Shown here: positions 10,756-21,500 of the stretch, one piece after another
Position numbering within the stretch: the first letter of the stretch is position 1
Layout of the letters: every line of letters begins with the position of its first letter
Origin: an uncultured delta proteobacterium
GTDB taxonomy: Bacteria; Desulfobacterota; Desulfobacteria; Desulfobacterales; JAFDCJ01
NCBI GenBank assembly: GCA_963769935.1
Contig: CAVYNY010000016.1
Location: 192,001 to 256,000, forward strand
DNA length: 64,000 nt
Direction: 5' to 3'
The notes under the pieces: generated by a model
What the model was told of the DNA's origin: nothing
The model's database searches: none
Seen by the model: only the letters and a program-made list of their open reading frames with translations
Position numbers and translations under genes: made by a program

Positions 10756-11328
10756 ATGGGAATCATGACAAGAGTAGTAAAAATCTTCAAAGCCGATATC
10801 CACGGCGTCATGGATCAGCTGGAAGATCAGGGCTTGTTGCTCAAGCAGCATTTGCGGGATATGGAAGATGCATTGCACGCCGGGGCAGCCCGGCTTAAAA
10901 GAAAAATTGCCGCCCGTAAACAGGCCCAGCTGGAGCTCGATAAATTCAGGCGGCAAACGGAAGCTCTGGAGCACGATCTGGGGGTCGCCGTCAAAAAAAA
11001 CAAGGATGACATCGCCCGGATGCTCATTAAAAAAGTCAAACCATTGGATGATCTGCACCAAGACATTGCCCAGCATATCAGAACGCTGGATGAAGAAATT
11101 GCCGCATTAAAGGAACACCTCGATCAGCAGCACCTGAAGTATGCCCAAATCAAACACCGCACGGTGGAGTATTGCCAGCTGAGCCGATCCCGGGCGCAGC
11201 AAAATGATTTTTCGGAAGTGCCGGCTGCCACCAGTTCGGGGGGGCTGTCCGAAGAAGAAATAGAACTTGAGCTGCTCAAGCGCAAGGAGGCACTCGGCGC
11301 TGCGCAAAGTGATTTATTATCCGGGTAA
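10756..11328 (+). CDS. PspA/IM30 family protein
   Basis: MGIMTRVVKIFKADIHGVMDQLED...LLKQHLRDME N-terminus, long coiled coil, DDIARML and C-terminal EEIELELLKRKE. Confidence 0.88.
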   Translation: MGIMTRVVKIFKADIHGVMDQLEDQGLLLKQHLRDMEDALHAGAARLKRKIAARKQAQLELDKFRRQTEALEHDLGVAVKKNKDDIARMLIKKVKPLDDLHQDIAQHIRTLDEEIAALKEHLDQQHLKYAQIKHRTVEYCQLSRSRAQQNDFSEVPAATSSGGLSEEEIELELLKRKEALGAAQSDLLSG

Positions 11329-11531
11329 TCTGCTGCGGCTATTTCGCGACCCGGCGCAAGAGGATGATTTCCTTGAACACCCAGGATACAACAACCAGTA
11401 TCTCTCCGAGGCGTGGGCGCTGCGAGCCGGAGGCCAGGATCACGTAGTATATCCAATGATTTTGACTGCAACGGCTAAGTTCAAGACAATATCTTAAGCA
11501 ACTTAAGGGTATAGAATGGAGGTGTCTCATC

Positions 11532-12098
11532 ATGAAAATCCTGCAACGTCCTTTCGCAGCCACAATAGGATTTGGTTTGATCTGCGGTCTTTCTTTTATA
11601 CCGGCAAGCCTGGTGCTGAATACGGTGGTTTCCCGGCCGAGCGCGATCTGCCTGACGCTGTGGCTGTTTGCCGCAGGCCATGCGCTTTTTTTGAGGAGTT
11701 GGAGCGGACAGAAATTTACAACCGTTGCATTTCCGATTTTGGTCCTGCTTATGGCGGCTTTCCTGGTGGACTCGATTGCCGCTTTTTTTCTCCTGATGCT
11801 GGCCGTCACCAGCTGGATACGCAGTGGAATTTGTTTTACGGAAAAGGGGGCCATCAAGCTGGCAGTTGAAATGTTGCTTTGTGCGGTGGGCGGCATCCTG
11901 GTGGCGGTATTTACTCCCGGCAGGGCATTCGGGTGGGCCCTGGGGACCTGGATGTTCTTTTTATTGCAGTCCCTCTATTTTGTTGTGTTTGAAAACAGGA
12001 TTATTGCGCCGCAAAACAAATATGAATACAAAATAGATAACTTTGAGCGGGCAAGCAGGCAGGCGGAGAACATTTTAGAAAACTGCATCTCCCGCTAA
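11532..12098 (+). CDS. Multi-pass membrane protein of unknown function
   Basis: GGAGG RBS, about six hydrophobic segments and a C-terminal FERASRQAE tail. Confidence 0.85.
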   Translation: MKILQRPFAATIGFGLICGLSFIPASLVLNTVVSRPSAICLTLWLFAAGHALFLRSWSGQKFTTVAFPILVLLMAAFLVDSIAAFFLLMLAVTSWIRSGICFTEKGAIKLAVEMLLCAVGGILVAVFTPGRAFGWALGTWMFFLLQSLYFVVFENRIIAPQNKYEYKIDNFERASRQAENILENCISR

Positions 12099-12254
12099 GG
12101 GTTCACGAAAAAATTAATTCACAGTTTTAAGCGTTGAGGCGCTCTTGCGGCAAGGCGCGAAAACGCAGGAATATCTGGATATTCCGAGCTTTCGCAACGC
12201 AGCCGCATGAGATGCATCGGCGTATAAAATGTGAAGTTATTTTTGAGTGAGCCC
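12099..12254. mobile_element. 156-bp MITE-like element with imperfect terminal inverted repeats and a TAA duplication
   Basis: Left end GGGTTCACGAAAAAATTAATTCACA versus reverse complement of the right end GGGCTCACTCAAAAATAACTTCACA. TAA flanks both sides (12096-12098, 12255-12257). Confidence 0.7.
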
Positions 12255-12276
12255 TAAGCCGACAAGGCGGAGTAAT

Positions 12277-12448
12277 GAATGGTGGAACGAAAATCCGTCC
12301 GACGGATGTGTTGGGTTTCGCCCTCAGGAATCCCTCTCGGCGTAAACGCTTGATTTTCGTAGATGGTTGGGGTGAGGCAAGAAACCCGGCATTATTGGTC
12401 GGCCTCAACCCAACCTACCCGTAATCAGGACTTTTCGTTCCGGCACTA
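12277..12448. mobile_element. MITE-like element containing a GTAG-type REP doublet, copy 1
   Basis: GAACGAAAA...TTTTCGTTC terminal inverted repeats and an internal CTCAACCCAACCTAC. Colinear with the copy 780 bp downstream. Confidence 0.75.
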
Positions 12449-12508
12449 ATTAGATCGCGAATATTAATGTCTGCCAAGATCTTCAGGGATCAGGCAAAAC
12501 CGAATCGT

Positions 12509-12877
12509 CTAATCCAAAGTTATCTTCATCATCAAATCCCGGTGGCTGCCGTCCCCGCGCCAGAGTTTGAAAAGCCCGCAAATCTTTGAATTTTCCGGCT
12601 CAAACTCAAAATCCGAACCCTGACAGCCGTCCATCTCGCAGTCTTGCCATGGTGTTTGCTCCAATTGATAGGATGGTCGGCTGAAAAATTCAACTTTCTT
12701 GGGCTTTCGGCCCCGGGGAATTTCACCGCAGACGCGATAGCAGACAGACCCCTGCAGATATTCCGGCAGGATGCCGCATTTATCGCGATCCTTCGTTCCA
12801 ACCGGACTTCCCAGTCCTTCGGCGGTTACATAGGTGGTATGGTCTATGGTACAGCTGCAAGCGCTAATGTCGGCCAT
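12509..12877 (-). CDS. Cysteine-rich hypothetical protein, 122 aa
   Basis: GGAAAGGAAGG purine-rich RBS, ATG start and eight Cys. No recognised family. Confidence 0.7.
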   Translation of the reverse strand: MADISACSCTIDHTTYVTAEGLGSPVGTKDRDKCGILPEYLQGSVCYRVCGEIPRGRKPKKVEFFSRPSYQLEQTPWQDCEMDGCQGSDFEFEPENSKICGLFKLWRGDGSHRDLMMKITLD

Positions 12878-13056
12878 GGTTGCACCTTCCTTTCCAGGTG
12901 AACATGTCAGCGATTATTCTTTTATTACCTAAGGAACATGCGTTGGTTCCATAGTGAATAAATAATCATTGGCTGCCGGAAGTAAAGAATCCTGGCCCAG
13001 AGGACCAGGTTTTCAATGCTATAATAATGTTTCATTTTAACATCGGTTTTGTTAAA

Positions 13057-13228
13057 TAGTGGTTGAACGAAAACCCGTCCGTCGCAGGAGTTGGGTTTCG
13101 CCCTCGGGCATACGTATCGGCGGAAGAGCCTGATTTTCGTAGGTTGGGTTGAGGGACGAACCCCAATCCCGCCTGCGGCGGGACTCAACCCAACCTACCC
13201 GAAATCAGGACTTTTCGTTCAGGCTCTT
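13057..13228. mobile_element. MITE-like element containing a GTAG-type REP doublet, copy 2
   Basis: Same terminal repeats as copy 1. GTAGGTTGGGTTGAG...CTCAACCCAACCTAC inverted pair at 13139-13198. Confidence 0.78.
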
Positions 13229-13251
13229 AATCTGTGAAGCGGGGGGCTGCG

Positions 13252-13566
13252 ATGAAAGTTAACTTCATTTACATGACGGCCGGCAGCAAAGATGAAGCCA
13301 GGAAAATCGGCAGAGAACTGGTGGTCGCCAGGCTGGCCGCATGCGTCAACATCCTGGACAACATGAACTCATTTTACAGGTGGCAGGGGGAAATTCAGGA
13401 TGACACCGAGGTGGTAATTATCGCCAAAACAACTGAGGACTGCGTGCCGGCGCTGATTGAAAAAGTCAAGGCGCTGCATAGCTACGATTGCCCCTGTATC
13501 GTGGCCATTCCTGTAACCGGCGGCAATCAGGCTTTTCTGGATTGGGTTGCAGCAGAGGTTAAATAA
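13252..13566 (+). CDS. cutA: Divalent-cation tolerance protein CutA
   Basis: RLAACVNI, SFYRWQGEI, AKT and LHSYDCPCI motifs. Confidence 0.95.
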   Translation: MKVNFIYMTAGSKDEARKIGRELVVARLAACVNILDNMNSFYRWQGEIQDDTEVVIIAKTTEDCVPALIEKVKALHSYDCPCIVAIPVTGGNQAFLDWVAAEVK

Positions 13567-13577
13567 CCAAACACGAA

Positions 13578-14699
13578 TCATTTCCGAAACCTCACCCGCA
13601 AAAAGCGCGGCCGATAAAGCCTGGCATCGGTGGCTATTTTTTCAAAATCCAGAGAACTGGCGACATAGGTCACGATGATCTCATCCGGGGCAAATGAAAG
13701 TTCCGGGTGGCCTTTGGCCGCGTAGCAGAAAACATCCGCGCCCCAGCTCGCCTCCGGACATTCATAAAGGACTTCGGGTTCACTCCAGGGACCCCAGGGC
13801 TTCGGTGCAAACCGGGCGACAATATTTTTTGATAAGCCCTGGGCGGTGTATACGGCCACATATTCTCCCAGGGCCGCAAGGTAAGATACCGAATACTCGT
13901 TGGCCAAATCTCCGGCGAGCCGCGACAGCTCACTGAAATCGTTTGACCAGCGCCCCGCGGAAAAAAATTGCCATTGATCAAATCGTTCCAGTTTGGCTTC
14001 GGGTGCCCTTGCCAGGATCATGTATTTGTGCCGAAGGCCGCCGACAACCTCCTCTGTGGTGCCGAATATATAGATAAAATTATTCTCCCTCAGCAAGGCC
14101 GAACCGAAAATTGTGTCGCCGCCGGGCGACAGGCGCTCCCACGGAATGCGATGCTGCGATACGCGCCAGTCGCTCGGCAATTCCCCGGGGTTGGCTACAC
14201 GCCCCAGCCGGGTCCCTATGATTTTAAAACCAAACGAGTTCGGATTCGCAGTTCGTTCAGCCTGAATTAGACACAGATACAATTCCTTATTGACCTCGAT
14301 GCCGTGATAGAACCAGATCCAGCCGCGGCCGTCGGAAGGTCGGATAAATGCGACCGGCTTGCCCCCGGATGCCCGGCCTGAATAGAAATCAACAGACGCG
14401 GCGGCAGGGATCCTTCCATGTTGAATGGCGATGGAATTGTTTATAATGGTTGCGTTTGTATGACGGCCTTCCCGGATTTCACCGTACCAGGTGTCTCCGA
14501 ATAGCCAAAGGATTCGATTACCCGAAAGTTTTACCGTGTACGCGCCGTCGGCGCCGGTCCAGCCATCCTGCCTTTCGAACAGGGCATTGTAGTCCGGCAA
14601 AACATCAACGGATACATGCGGCGGCGATGCGCAGGCCGCAACCAGCAGTATGGCGAAAAGAACGACGGATCTGAGAATATGGTTTTTGCCGGTCATCAT
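13578..14699 (-). CDS. Lipoprotein with DUF4185/DUF5005-like beta-propeller
   Basis: Lipobox VAAC, GWTGADG, LWLFGDT, PWGPWS, YAAKGHP and YRPRF motifs. Confidence 0.75.
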   Translation of the reverse strand: MMTGKNHILRSVVLFAILLVAACASPPHVSVDVLPDYNALFERQDGWTGADGAYTVKLSGNRILWLFGDTWYGEIREGRHTNATIINNSIAIQHGRIPAAASVDFYSGRASGGKPVAFIRPSDGRGWIWFYHGIEVNKELYLCLIQAERTANPNSFGFKIIGTRLGRVANPGELPSDWRVSQHRIPWERLSPGGDTIFGSALLRENNFIYIFGTTEEVVGGLRHKYMILARAPEAKLERFDQWQFFSAGRWSNDFSELSRLAGDLANEYSVSYLAALGEYVAVYTAQGLSKNIVARFAPKPWGPWSEPEVLYECPEASWGADVFCYAAKGHPELSFAPDEIIVTYVASSLDFEKIATDARLYRPRFLRVRFRK

Positions 14700-14769
14700 A
14701 ACGAGAAACTTCTCCTGTACAAATCACCAAACTTGAGCATGAAGCCGGAGGACTGGCGGCTATGAGCTA

Positions 14770-16191
14770 TCAACTATCCCCATCCAGCTTTATCTCGCCG
14801 GTATAGAACTTCACCCCCGGCGGCGTTTTGTCCAGATAAAAACCGATGGTCTTTGTAAACAGCGGATCCTCATACACACTGCGCAGGAAGTCTTCACGAA
14901 ACTTGGGATGCACTATGCTGGCAATCGCCATGGCTTTTTCACCGGAAGTCAACTCTCTCAGGTCGGCAAAGCCGTATTCGGTGACAATTACCACCCCATC
15001 GTAGGCGCTGGCCGTCAAACTGATCCCGGGAGGATGCATCTTGGTAATTTTGGATTCCCCTTTGTTGGTAATACTTCGCATGGCGATGATGGGGGTTCCG
15101 AAAGACCGGTCGTTTAAAGCCCGGATGAAATCCGGCTGGCCGCCGACGCCGCTGTAATACCGTCGGGGATCGATAAAATCCGCCCAGACATTGCCGAGCA
15201 GATCCACCCCGATGGCCGTGTTCACCGAAATGAAAGGACTGTTTTTGCGTACGGTTTCGGCCGAGTTGGTGTAAGCCGAAGGCCGCATCTGCACGCCGGT
15301 TCGCATGTGGACGAATTCATACAGGTCCTGCGATCCCATGATCAGGCTGGTGGTGCTGTAACCCAGGTTGGCTTTCTTTTTACGGTTGGTAACAATGCCC
15401 TCTTTTTGCAAAAGCATCAAACCGTCGCCGTAAAGCTCGGTTTGTACCCCCAGATTTTTAAAGCCCGCCTCTTTGATAGTGCCCACGACGGCATCCGGAA
15501 TCTTGCCGATTCCCACCTGCAGGGTGATGCAATCGTCAATAAAATGATTGGTGATCAGTTCACCGATGCGCTTCTCTTCCGGGGCCAGGTTGTCGAAATC
15601 CGGGGCTTCAAAGTGGTAAACCGGTTTGACATTTTCCGTAATTAAAAAATCGATGGACTGGGCATCCACGACACTTTGCCCCTGGGTAAACGGCATGCTT
15701 TCATCCAGCTCCGCAATCACCACCCTGGCATGATCGATGGCCGTGTGCAGGGCTTCCACGGAAAGCCCCAGACTGTATTCGCCGGTATATTCATTCCGGC
15801 GCACCTTCATGAATACGACGTCCGGCTCGTAGTGGCGTCCTTTGCCGATTAAACTGTCCAGATTGGCCAGCGTACAGGGCAGATAATATGCCCGGCCCTC
15901 ATTGGCGGCCCGGCGAACTTCGCCGCCGGAAAAAATGGAATAGGTCATCACGCGGTCCTGCAACCCTTCGGCAACATAGGGTACCGGACCTTGCAGCAGC
16001 AAATGAACCATTCTGATAAACGGCAGCTTCCAACGGCGGGACTGGATAGACGCGGTCAGGGCCTCCAGGCAGGCCGTCGGGGTGGCGGCGTTTGATCCCA
16101 CATAACACGTGATCGCATCTCTGGTTTTAAATTCAGCCGCAATTACCCCGGCAATTTGATCGGTTGTGATTATTTTCGGTTGGGCATTCAT
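14770..16191 (-). CDS. Acetyl-CoA hydrolase/transferase family (4-hydroxybutyrate CoA-transferase-like)
   Basis: TLQVGIGKIP, LGVQTE, SGVGGQPDF and IVTEYGFADL motifs. Confidence 0.9.
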   Translation of the reverse strand: MNAQPKIITTDQIAGVIAAEFKTRDAITCYVGSNAATPTACLEALTASIQSRRWKLPFIRMVHLLLQGPVPYVAEGLQDRVMTYSIFSGGEVRRAANEGRAYYLPCTLANLDSLIGKGRHYEPDVVFMKVRRNEYTGEYSLGLSVEALHTAIDHARVVIAELDESMPFTQGQSVVDAQSIDFLITENVKPVYHFEAPDFDNLAPEEKRIGELITNHFIDDCITLQVGIGKIPDAVVGTIKEAGFKNLGVQTELYGDGLMLLQKEGIVTNRKKKANLGYSTTSLIMGSQDLYEFVHMRTGVQMRPSAYTNSAETVRKNSPFISVNTAIGVDLLGNVWADFIDPRRYYSGVGGQPDFIRALNDRSFGTPIIAMRSITNKGESKITKMHPPGISLTASAYDGVVIVTEYGFADLRELTSGEKAMAIASIVHPKFREDFLRSVYEDPLFTKTIGFYLDKTPPGVKFYTGEIKLDGDS

Positions 16192-16261
16192 GGGCTACCT
16201 CCATCACGGGAAAGGGAACAAGTTTAGCAAAATTTTTCCTGAGAATAAAAGACTACCGGAT

Positions 16262-16290
16262 TTGACATATCCATGCAAGAATTGTATCTT
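16262..16290 (+). promoter_or_regulatory. Sigma70-type promoter
   Basis: TTGACA-17 nt-TATCTT upstream of the ATG at 16319. Confidence 0.65.
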
Positions 16291-16318
16291 TAAAAAGCCG
16301 AACTCAGGAAGTGCTGAA

Positions 16319-16714
16319 ATGAAAAAAATAGGACTTGCCTTTATCTTGTTGGTCATCGCCGCAGGTTTATCACCAGGCCAAATCCAGGCCGCCAGTCTGC
16401 GCTGCGGTGTCCGTATAATTACGGAAGGCGATTACAAGGACAGGGTGCTGGCTGAATGCGGCGCACCCGATCATGTCGAGACCTGGGAAGAGGAGCACGT
16501 CTACAGGTTCCCGCGCAATCCGGCATATTACGGCAATTACGACAACTATGATTACGGCCCGAGCGATACCGAGCCCGGCAAGCCGTTTCGGGTGAAAAAG
16601 ATGGTGGTTGTGGAAATGTGGACATACAACCATGGACCCACCCGCTTCACGGACCACTTGAGGCTGGAAAACGGCATCGTCACAGAGATTACCAGCGGTG
16701 ATTACGGATATTAG
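16319..16714 (+). CDS. DUF2845-like exported protein
   Basis: Signal peptide, SLRCG..II..GD...VLAECGAP and VEMWTYNHGP motifs. Confidence 0.85.
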   Translation: MKKIGLAFILLVIAAGLSPGQIQAASLRCGVRIITEGDYKDRVLAECGAPDHVETWEEEHVYRFPRNPAYYGNYDNYDYGPSDTEPGKPFRVKKMVVVEMWTYNHGPTRFTDHLRLENGIVTEITSGDYGY

Positions 16715-16890
16715 GTTTAGTTGATCAGCTGGATGAGTTGATTAAGTTGATATGGTTAATTAAGGTGATTAGGTTGATTGAGGGAAATAAGGCGCTGTTC
16801 ACCATAAGCCGTTCGCCGTGCGCCCTGCGCCATCTAAATTCCACACCTCGCAACGCGCAACCGAGCCCGCACCCGCAACGCGCAACTTAT
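16715..16890. repeat. Intergenic periodic arrays (nonamer AGTTGATTA-like; heptamer CGCAACG-like)
   Basis: Reverse-complement version of the 1073-1190 nonamers, followed by C-rich heptamers. Confidence 0.75.
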
Positions 16891-16943
16891 TAATATCGTG
16901 GTATTTCAACAACTTCGCAAGTATCTAAAACTATAGCTTTTTC

Positions 16944-16972
16944 TTGACTTCACGCTGCAACAATAATACAAT
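16944..16972 (+). promoter_or_regulatory. Sigma70-type promoter of pilin cluster 1
   Basis: TTGACT-17 nt-TACAAT. Confidence 0.7.
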
Positions 16973-17030
16973 CAATATATTCCTTCGTCCTTAGGGACGT
17001 CTGAAATTGATAATCGTAATGAGCACTCAA

Positions 17031-17507
17031 ATGAAACGAAACGACCACGGCTTCACTTTAGTAGAAGTTGTCGTCGTAATGGTGCTGATCAGCATTATTG
17101 CGGCTGCTGTCTTTTCACACTCCATCACCACCGATCAGGTAAATTTTGTGGGCCAGGTGGATAAAATACGCCAGCAAATCCGCTATGCCCAGTCCCTGGC
17201 CATGAAGCGCAATGAGATCTGGGGCATAACAAGTAATTCGACTAAATACTGGCTTTTTAAGAACAATACTTCTGATACAGTTCAAATTCCGGGAGAGCAA
17301 AACGCTGAGATTTACCTATCCGCTCATGGAATCACGATGAACAGTTTTACCGTCTATTTTAATAAAAAATTTGGTGTCCCATACAAAAGCATCACCTTTA
17401 ATACACCGGTCAAACCAGATAATCCCCTGTTAATTGTCATTACGGCCGGATCACAAACGCGGACCTTGGTCATAACCCCGGAAACCGGACTAATCATTAC
17501 CCAATGA
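17031..17507 (+). CDS. Type IV prepilin-like minor pilin (FimT/GspH-like)
   Basis: HG|FTLVE class III signal, IRYAQSLAM and C-terminal ITPETGLI. Alternative ATG at 17019. Confidence 0.88.
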   Translation: MKRNDHGFTLVEVVVVMVLISIIAAAVFSHSITTDQVNFVGQVDKIRQQIRYAQSLAMKRNEIWGITSNSTKYWLFKNNTSDTVQIPGEQNAEIYLSAHGITMNSFTVYFNKKFGVPYKSITFNTPVKPDNPLLIVITAGSQTRTLVITPETGLIITQ

Positions 17508-17941
17508 AACTCTCCTATTCAAATATTGCTTCCAGCAAGGGCTTTACCCTGATTGAGGTCATTGCCACCATCATCCTTGTGGGGATTCTATCCGCATTTT
17601 TCATCCACTTTATGGGAACGGCCCTGAATCAAAGTTGGAAATCGGTGGAGCTGGTTGCGGGTGAAGCGGATGCTGAAGGCAAAATTGAAGAAATTATTGC
17701 CTATTATACCTCGAAAATAAACGACAACCCGGATACTGCGCTTTCGGATGTGGCTTCTGAATTTAGCGGCGAGGCGATCATGAAATTCATCGTGTTTAAC
17801 CCCATAACCAATGATGAAGAGACCGACAATTCGGGGGAAAACAGGAATTTAAAAGTCACCATTGAAGCCCCCGGCAATAATTTGACGACAATCCTGACCA
17901 AAAGCCGCACGGTCTCGAACGATCCGAAGGTAAGCTATTGA
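17504..17941 (+). CDS. Type IV prepilin-like minor pilin (PilV/GspI-like position)
   Basis: KG|FTLIEVIATIIL; ATGA overlap with the previous gene. Confidence 0.88.
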   Translation: MKLSYSNIASSKGFTLIEVIATIILVGILSAFFIHFMGTALNQSWKSVELVAGEADAEGKIEEIIAYYTSKINDNPDTALSDVASEFSGEAIMKFIVFNPITNDEETDNSGENRNLKVTIEAPGNNLTTILTKSRTVSNDPKVSY

Positions 17942-17949
17942 ATTTGATT

Positions 17950-18447
17950 ATGAATAACCGGCGAGGCTTCATACTTGTTGAGCTGATTGCCGTCATTGTA
18001 CTGATCGGCATTATTGGATCCTTCACCGGTTTTTTCCTCTACACGGGAATAAAGGGCTATCTGAGGAATAAAAGCAACACCGAGGGGGCTCTAAATGCTC
18101 AAATGGCGCTGGACCGTATTTCACTTGAATTGCGAAATATCAGTGAAATTACGCCCACACCTTCCAGTACGTCTGTCACCTATAAAAGTGCAACGCTGAC
18201 CGGGACGCGAACCCTAAAATACGTGGGCGCGGAGAAAAAGATAATAATTAATGTAGTTCCTAATGATTACATTTTATTAATGGATGTTTCATCGTTTACA
18301 TTATCATACGCCTATCAAAATTTAGACCACGATACCGGTTCTGTGCCGGAGGTTGCCCACATCGATGTTGGATTTAAACTGAGTGAAATCGACAAAACAT
18401 TCAGAACGAAAATCTTCCCTCGAAACATGGTAGAGAAAACCTGGTAA
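17950..18447 (+). CDS. Type IV prepilin-like minor pilin (PilW/GspJ-like position)
   Basis: RG|FILVELIAVIVL and AQMALDRISLELR. Confidence 0.88.
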   Translation: MNNRRGFILVELIAVIVLIGIIGSFTGFFLYTGIKGYLRNKSNTEGALNAQMALDRISLELRNISEITPTPSSTSVTYKSATLTGTRTLKYVGAEKKIIINVVPNDYILLMDVSSFTLSYAYQNLDHDTGSVPEVAHIDVGFKLSEIDKTFRTKIFPRNMVEKTW

Positions 18448-18528
18448 CTGATTGTTAACTGACAGGTATTGCGATAGAACCACTACTGTTTAAGGGCAAT
18501 TTCGCATATTGGCTGCATAGAGGACTAA

Positions 18529-21500
18529 GTGAATATATTCAAAAATAAAAATTTTATATCCGGCACCGTGCGGAAGCTGTATCAATCCCTTTGGACCAGG
18601 AAAGGCAGCGTCCTGGTTTACCTGATTGTCGTTCTCTTAATATTCGGGGTGTTGGGCGTAACCATGGTGTCCCTGTTTACAACTGCTACTTCCAGCTCCG
18701 CAACTCCCAACAATGCCCGGCGCGCTGATTACGCGTCGGAATCCGGTATGCGCTATGCCTTCAGCGAACTGCGCAATACGGATTTTGCAACCGCCACCAT
18801 CAACAAACTTAACAGTACCGACAGCTTACACCCTCGATACTGGTCAGACTTTCAGCGTTAACGTATTCGGTCCCTGGTTTGATGCAGCTTTGGATCAGGA
18901 TCTCCCAGCGGCGGCCCCATCTACGCTGACGGTGCCGGAGGGAAAAATGCCCTGCGGGCTTTACCATTCCCCTCGGCCTGTGGGTGGTAAACTATGACTC
19001 CCTGGACCAGCCGCCGTTATCTGCGCAGGTTAATAGTGTGTTAGGGGGAGGGGCCGGCACCACGACCCTGACAATTGTCACCGGCACTGAGTTTTCATGT
19101 CAACAAGGGCGAGCGGGTCTGTCTGGCTGTCAAACCCTATGGGGATCCGGGGCCTTTTATTGATGGCGGCAGCATCGATGAACTCGAAGTACAAATAGAA
19201 GCCAAAAATTTTTTCCCCAAGAATGACGGTGCCATCAACATCAGAGGATTCGACTACGTTTATAAAAAGCGGCGCGATGAGTCGGACAGGGTGGTATTGG
19301 AAAACATCTCAGCGTCAAGCATGCCCAATAGGGAACCTCCACCTTCTCCGCTGGACTTGTCCGCTGATGATCTCATCGTCCTATCGCCCCGCAACCACAT
19401 CGTCATACCCACCGGCACCTCGGATACCGTAACGATGGGAGGCACCCTCGACACGGCTTTAAATATTTCCGATCTGGCGACCGTTAAGCCGATGACTCGC
19501 AATCCCGACATCGATATTAGTCGCGAAAACCTTTTGACTGCTTTTAATCAGAAAGAAACCAACACGGCCTTTATCAACACTAATAACACTGATAAAACCA
19601 TTGACGTCGGGGGCGGGGAGGCTATCAAAGATAATCCTGAATTTGGCTCGGTCTGGTTTAGCGCCAACAAAGACATCGGCGGCGCGACGTCGGTTTGTAA
19701 TGCAGGCGCCTGCGAGTTTAAGCAAGGTGTAAGGATCTTTTTTACATTGGATTACTCGGGTACCGCCGATGGGTTCACGCTGGCCCTGATCAATGCCGCC
19801 CACAACACGACCGCTTCCACCGGCGGTGATTTAGCGATGGGTGAGCTGCTGGGGTATGGGGGTGACAGCCGAAAGATTGTCATCCCGGCGGGCTCAACGG
19901 TATCTGCAGAGAATTTTTTGGACAGCACCGGTGCCGGTCTTCAGCCTCCCAAAATGGCCCTGGAATTTGACACCTTTACCAACCGGGATTCACTCAAATA
20001 TTGCCAGGGCACAACCCAGGTCAACAGCAGCCGCAACGATCCGTTTGACCACAATAGAGACGCCGTCCAGTACGTTTTCTGGGGTTTTAACAGTCTGACG
20101 ATGTCGTGCCGCGACTATTGGTTATCCGGAACTAAGGTCGTCGATCATGGCTCCTACGACGACAACCGCCACGACTCCGGCGAGCTCGATCAACCGTGGA
20201 CATATACGACTTCGGGGGCTGTGAGATCAACTCCCGCCGTCGCCGATGACGGCACCATTTACGTGGGCTCGGACGACGGGCGCCTGTATGCCATCAATCC
20301 GGATGGATCCCTGAAATGGAAGTCCGCCGACATTGGTCCGGTTAAATCCTCACCTGCGATCGGACTCAACGGGGTTGTCTATGTCGGAACAAACAATTAC
20401 ATGATTTATGCCTTTGAAAAGGATTCCGGGAGTCAGGCTTCACTTCCCTTTACAGCATTGGGAGCCTTTGAGTCTTCGCCGGTGATTGGTGCCGGGGGCA
20501 AAGTCTACGTGGGATCGGACGATGGAATTTTCTACGGTTTAACACCAGATCTGCAAAAGGAATGGGAGTTTCAGACCCCACCTCCGATATCCTATGGTCG
20601 CCCGGCGATAGGCCCGACTGGCATCATCTACGTGACCAGCCGGGCCGATGTCAATAGCAGGGTTTATGCGCTCAATCCCGCGCAGCGTGAACTTGATCCG
20701 ACAGGTGTGGATTTCCCCAGAACAAACGAGTGGGCGTATGATGTCGGCAGCGGCTGCCACTATATGCCGGGAGTCGACCCGACTACCGGGACCATTTATT
20801 CAGATCACAGCAACGCCAAAATTGTAGCCATAAAACCCGGCGGTGCCCAGGATTGGGTATTTGATCTGGGATCGGATATTGATTCCACGCCGGTGGTGGG
20901 CAGTGACGGCACCGTATACGTTGGGGCCGACAATGGGCATCTATACGCCATAAATCCCCAGGACCGCAAAAACGGTGAAATATTTCCGGTCTCGGGAAGA
21001 GAGTGGGTCTTCCAAGATCCCGCCGATACGCTGAGAACCATCCCGGCCATCGCCCCTGATGGCACTATTCTGGTAGTGTCCTACGACGATACCCTTTACG
21101 CCGTAAATCCGGACGGCACCAAAAAATGGACGTTTCCGATTCCGGTTGACGGCAGCGAGCCAACCTCATCACCGACCGTCGGCAACGAGGGGGTAGTCTA
21201 TGTGGGTTCATCCGACAGCAAACTTTACGCCATTAACAACTTTGCGGAACCCCGCAATTTCAAAGATATAGTGGTAAGCTCCGTCAATGACGGCGGCAAT
21301 ATCAAGGTCGCCGGACAACCTGTTACGGTGGATAGTGAGCTGAACTGGTTAAACGGCGACAGTTCCGGCACAAATCCCAAGGGCCCCTGGGGCGTCCGAA
21401 TGGAAGTAATGCGCAGTCTGACCCCAAATGCCAACTCAAAATACGAATACACCCTGCACGCCTGGATTCGGCAGTGTGATTCCGCCGACTGCGGCAACAT

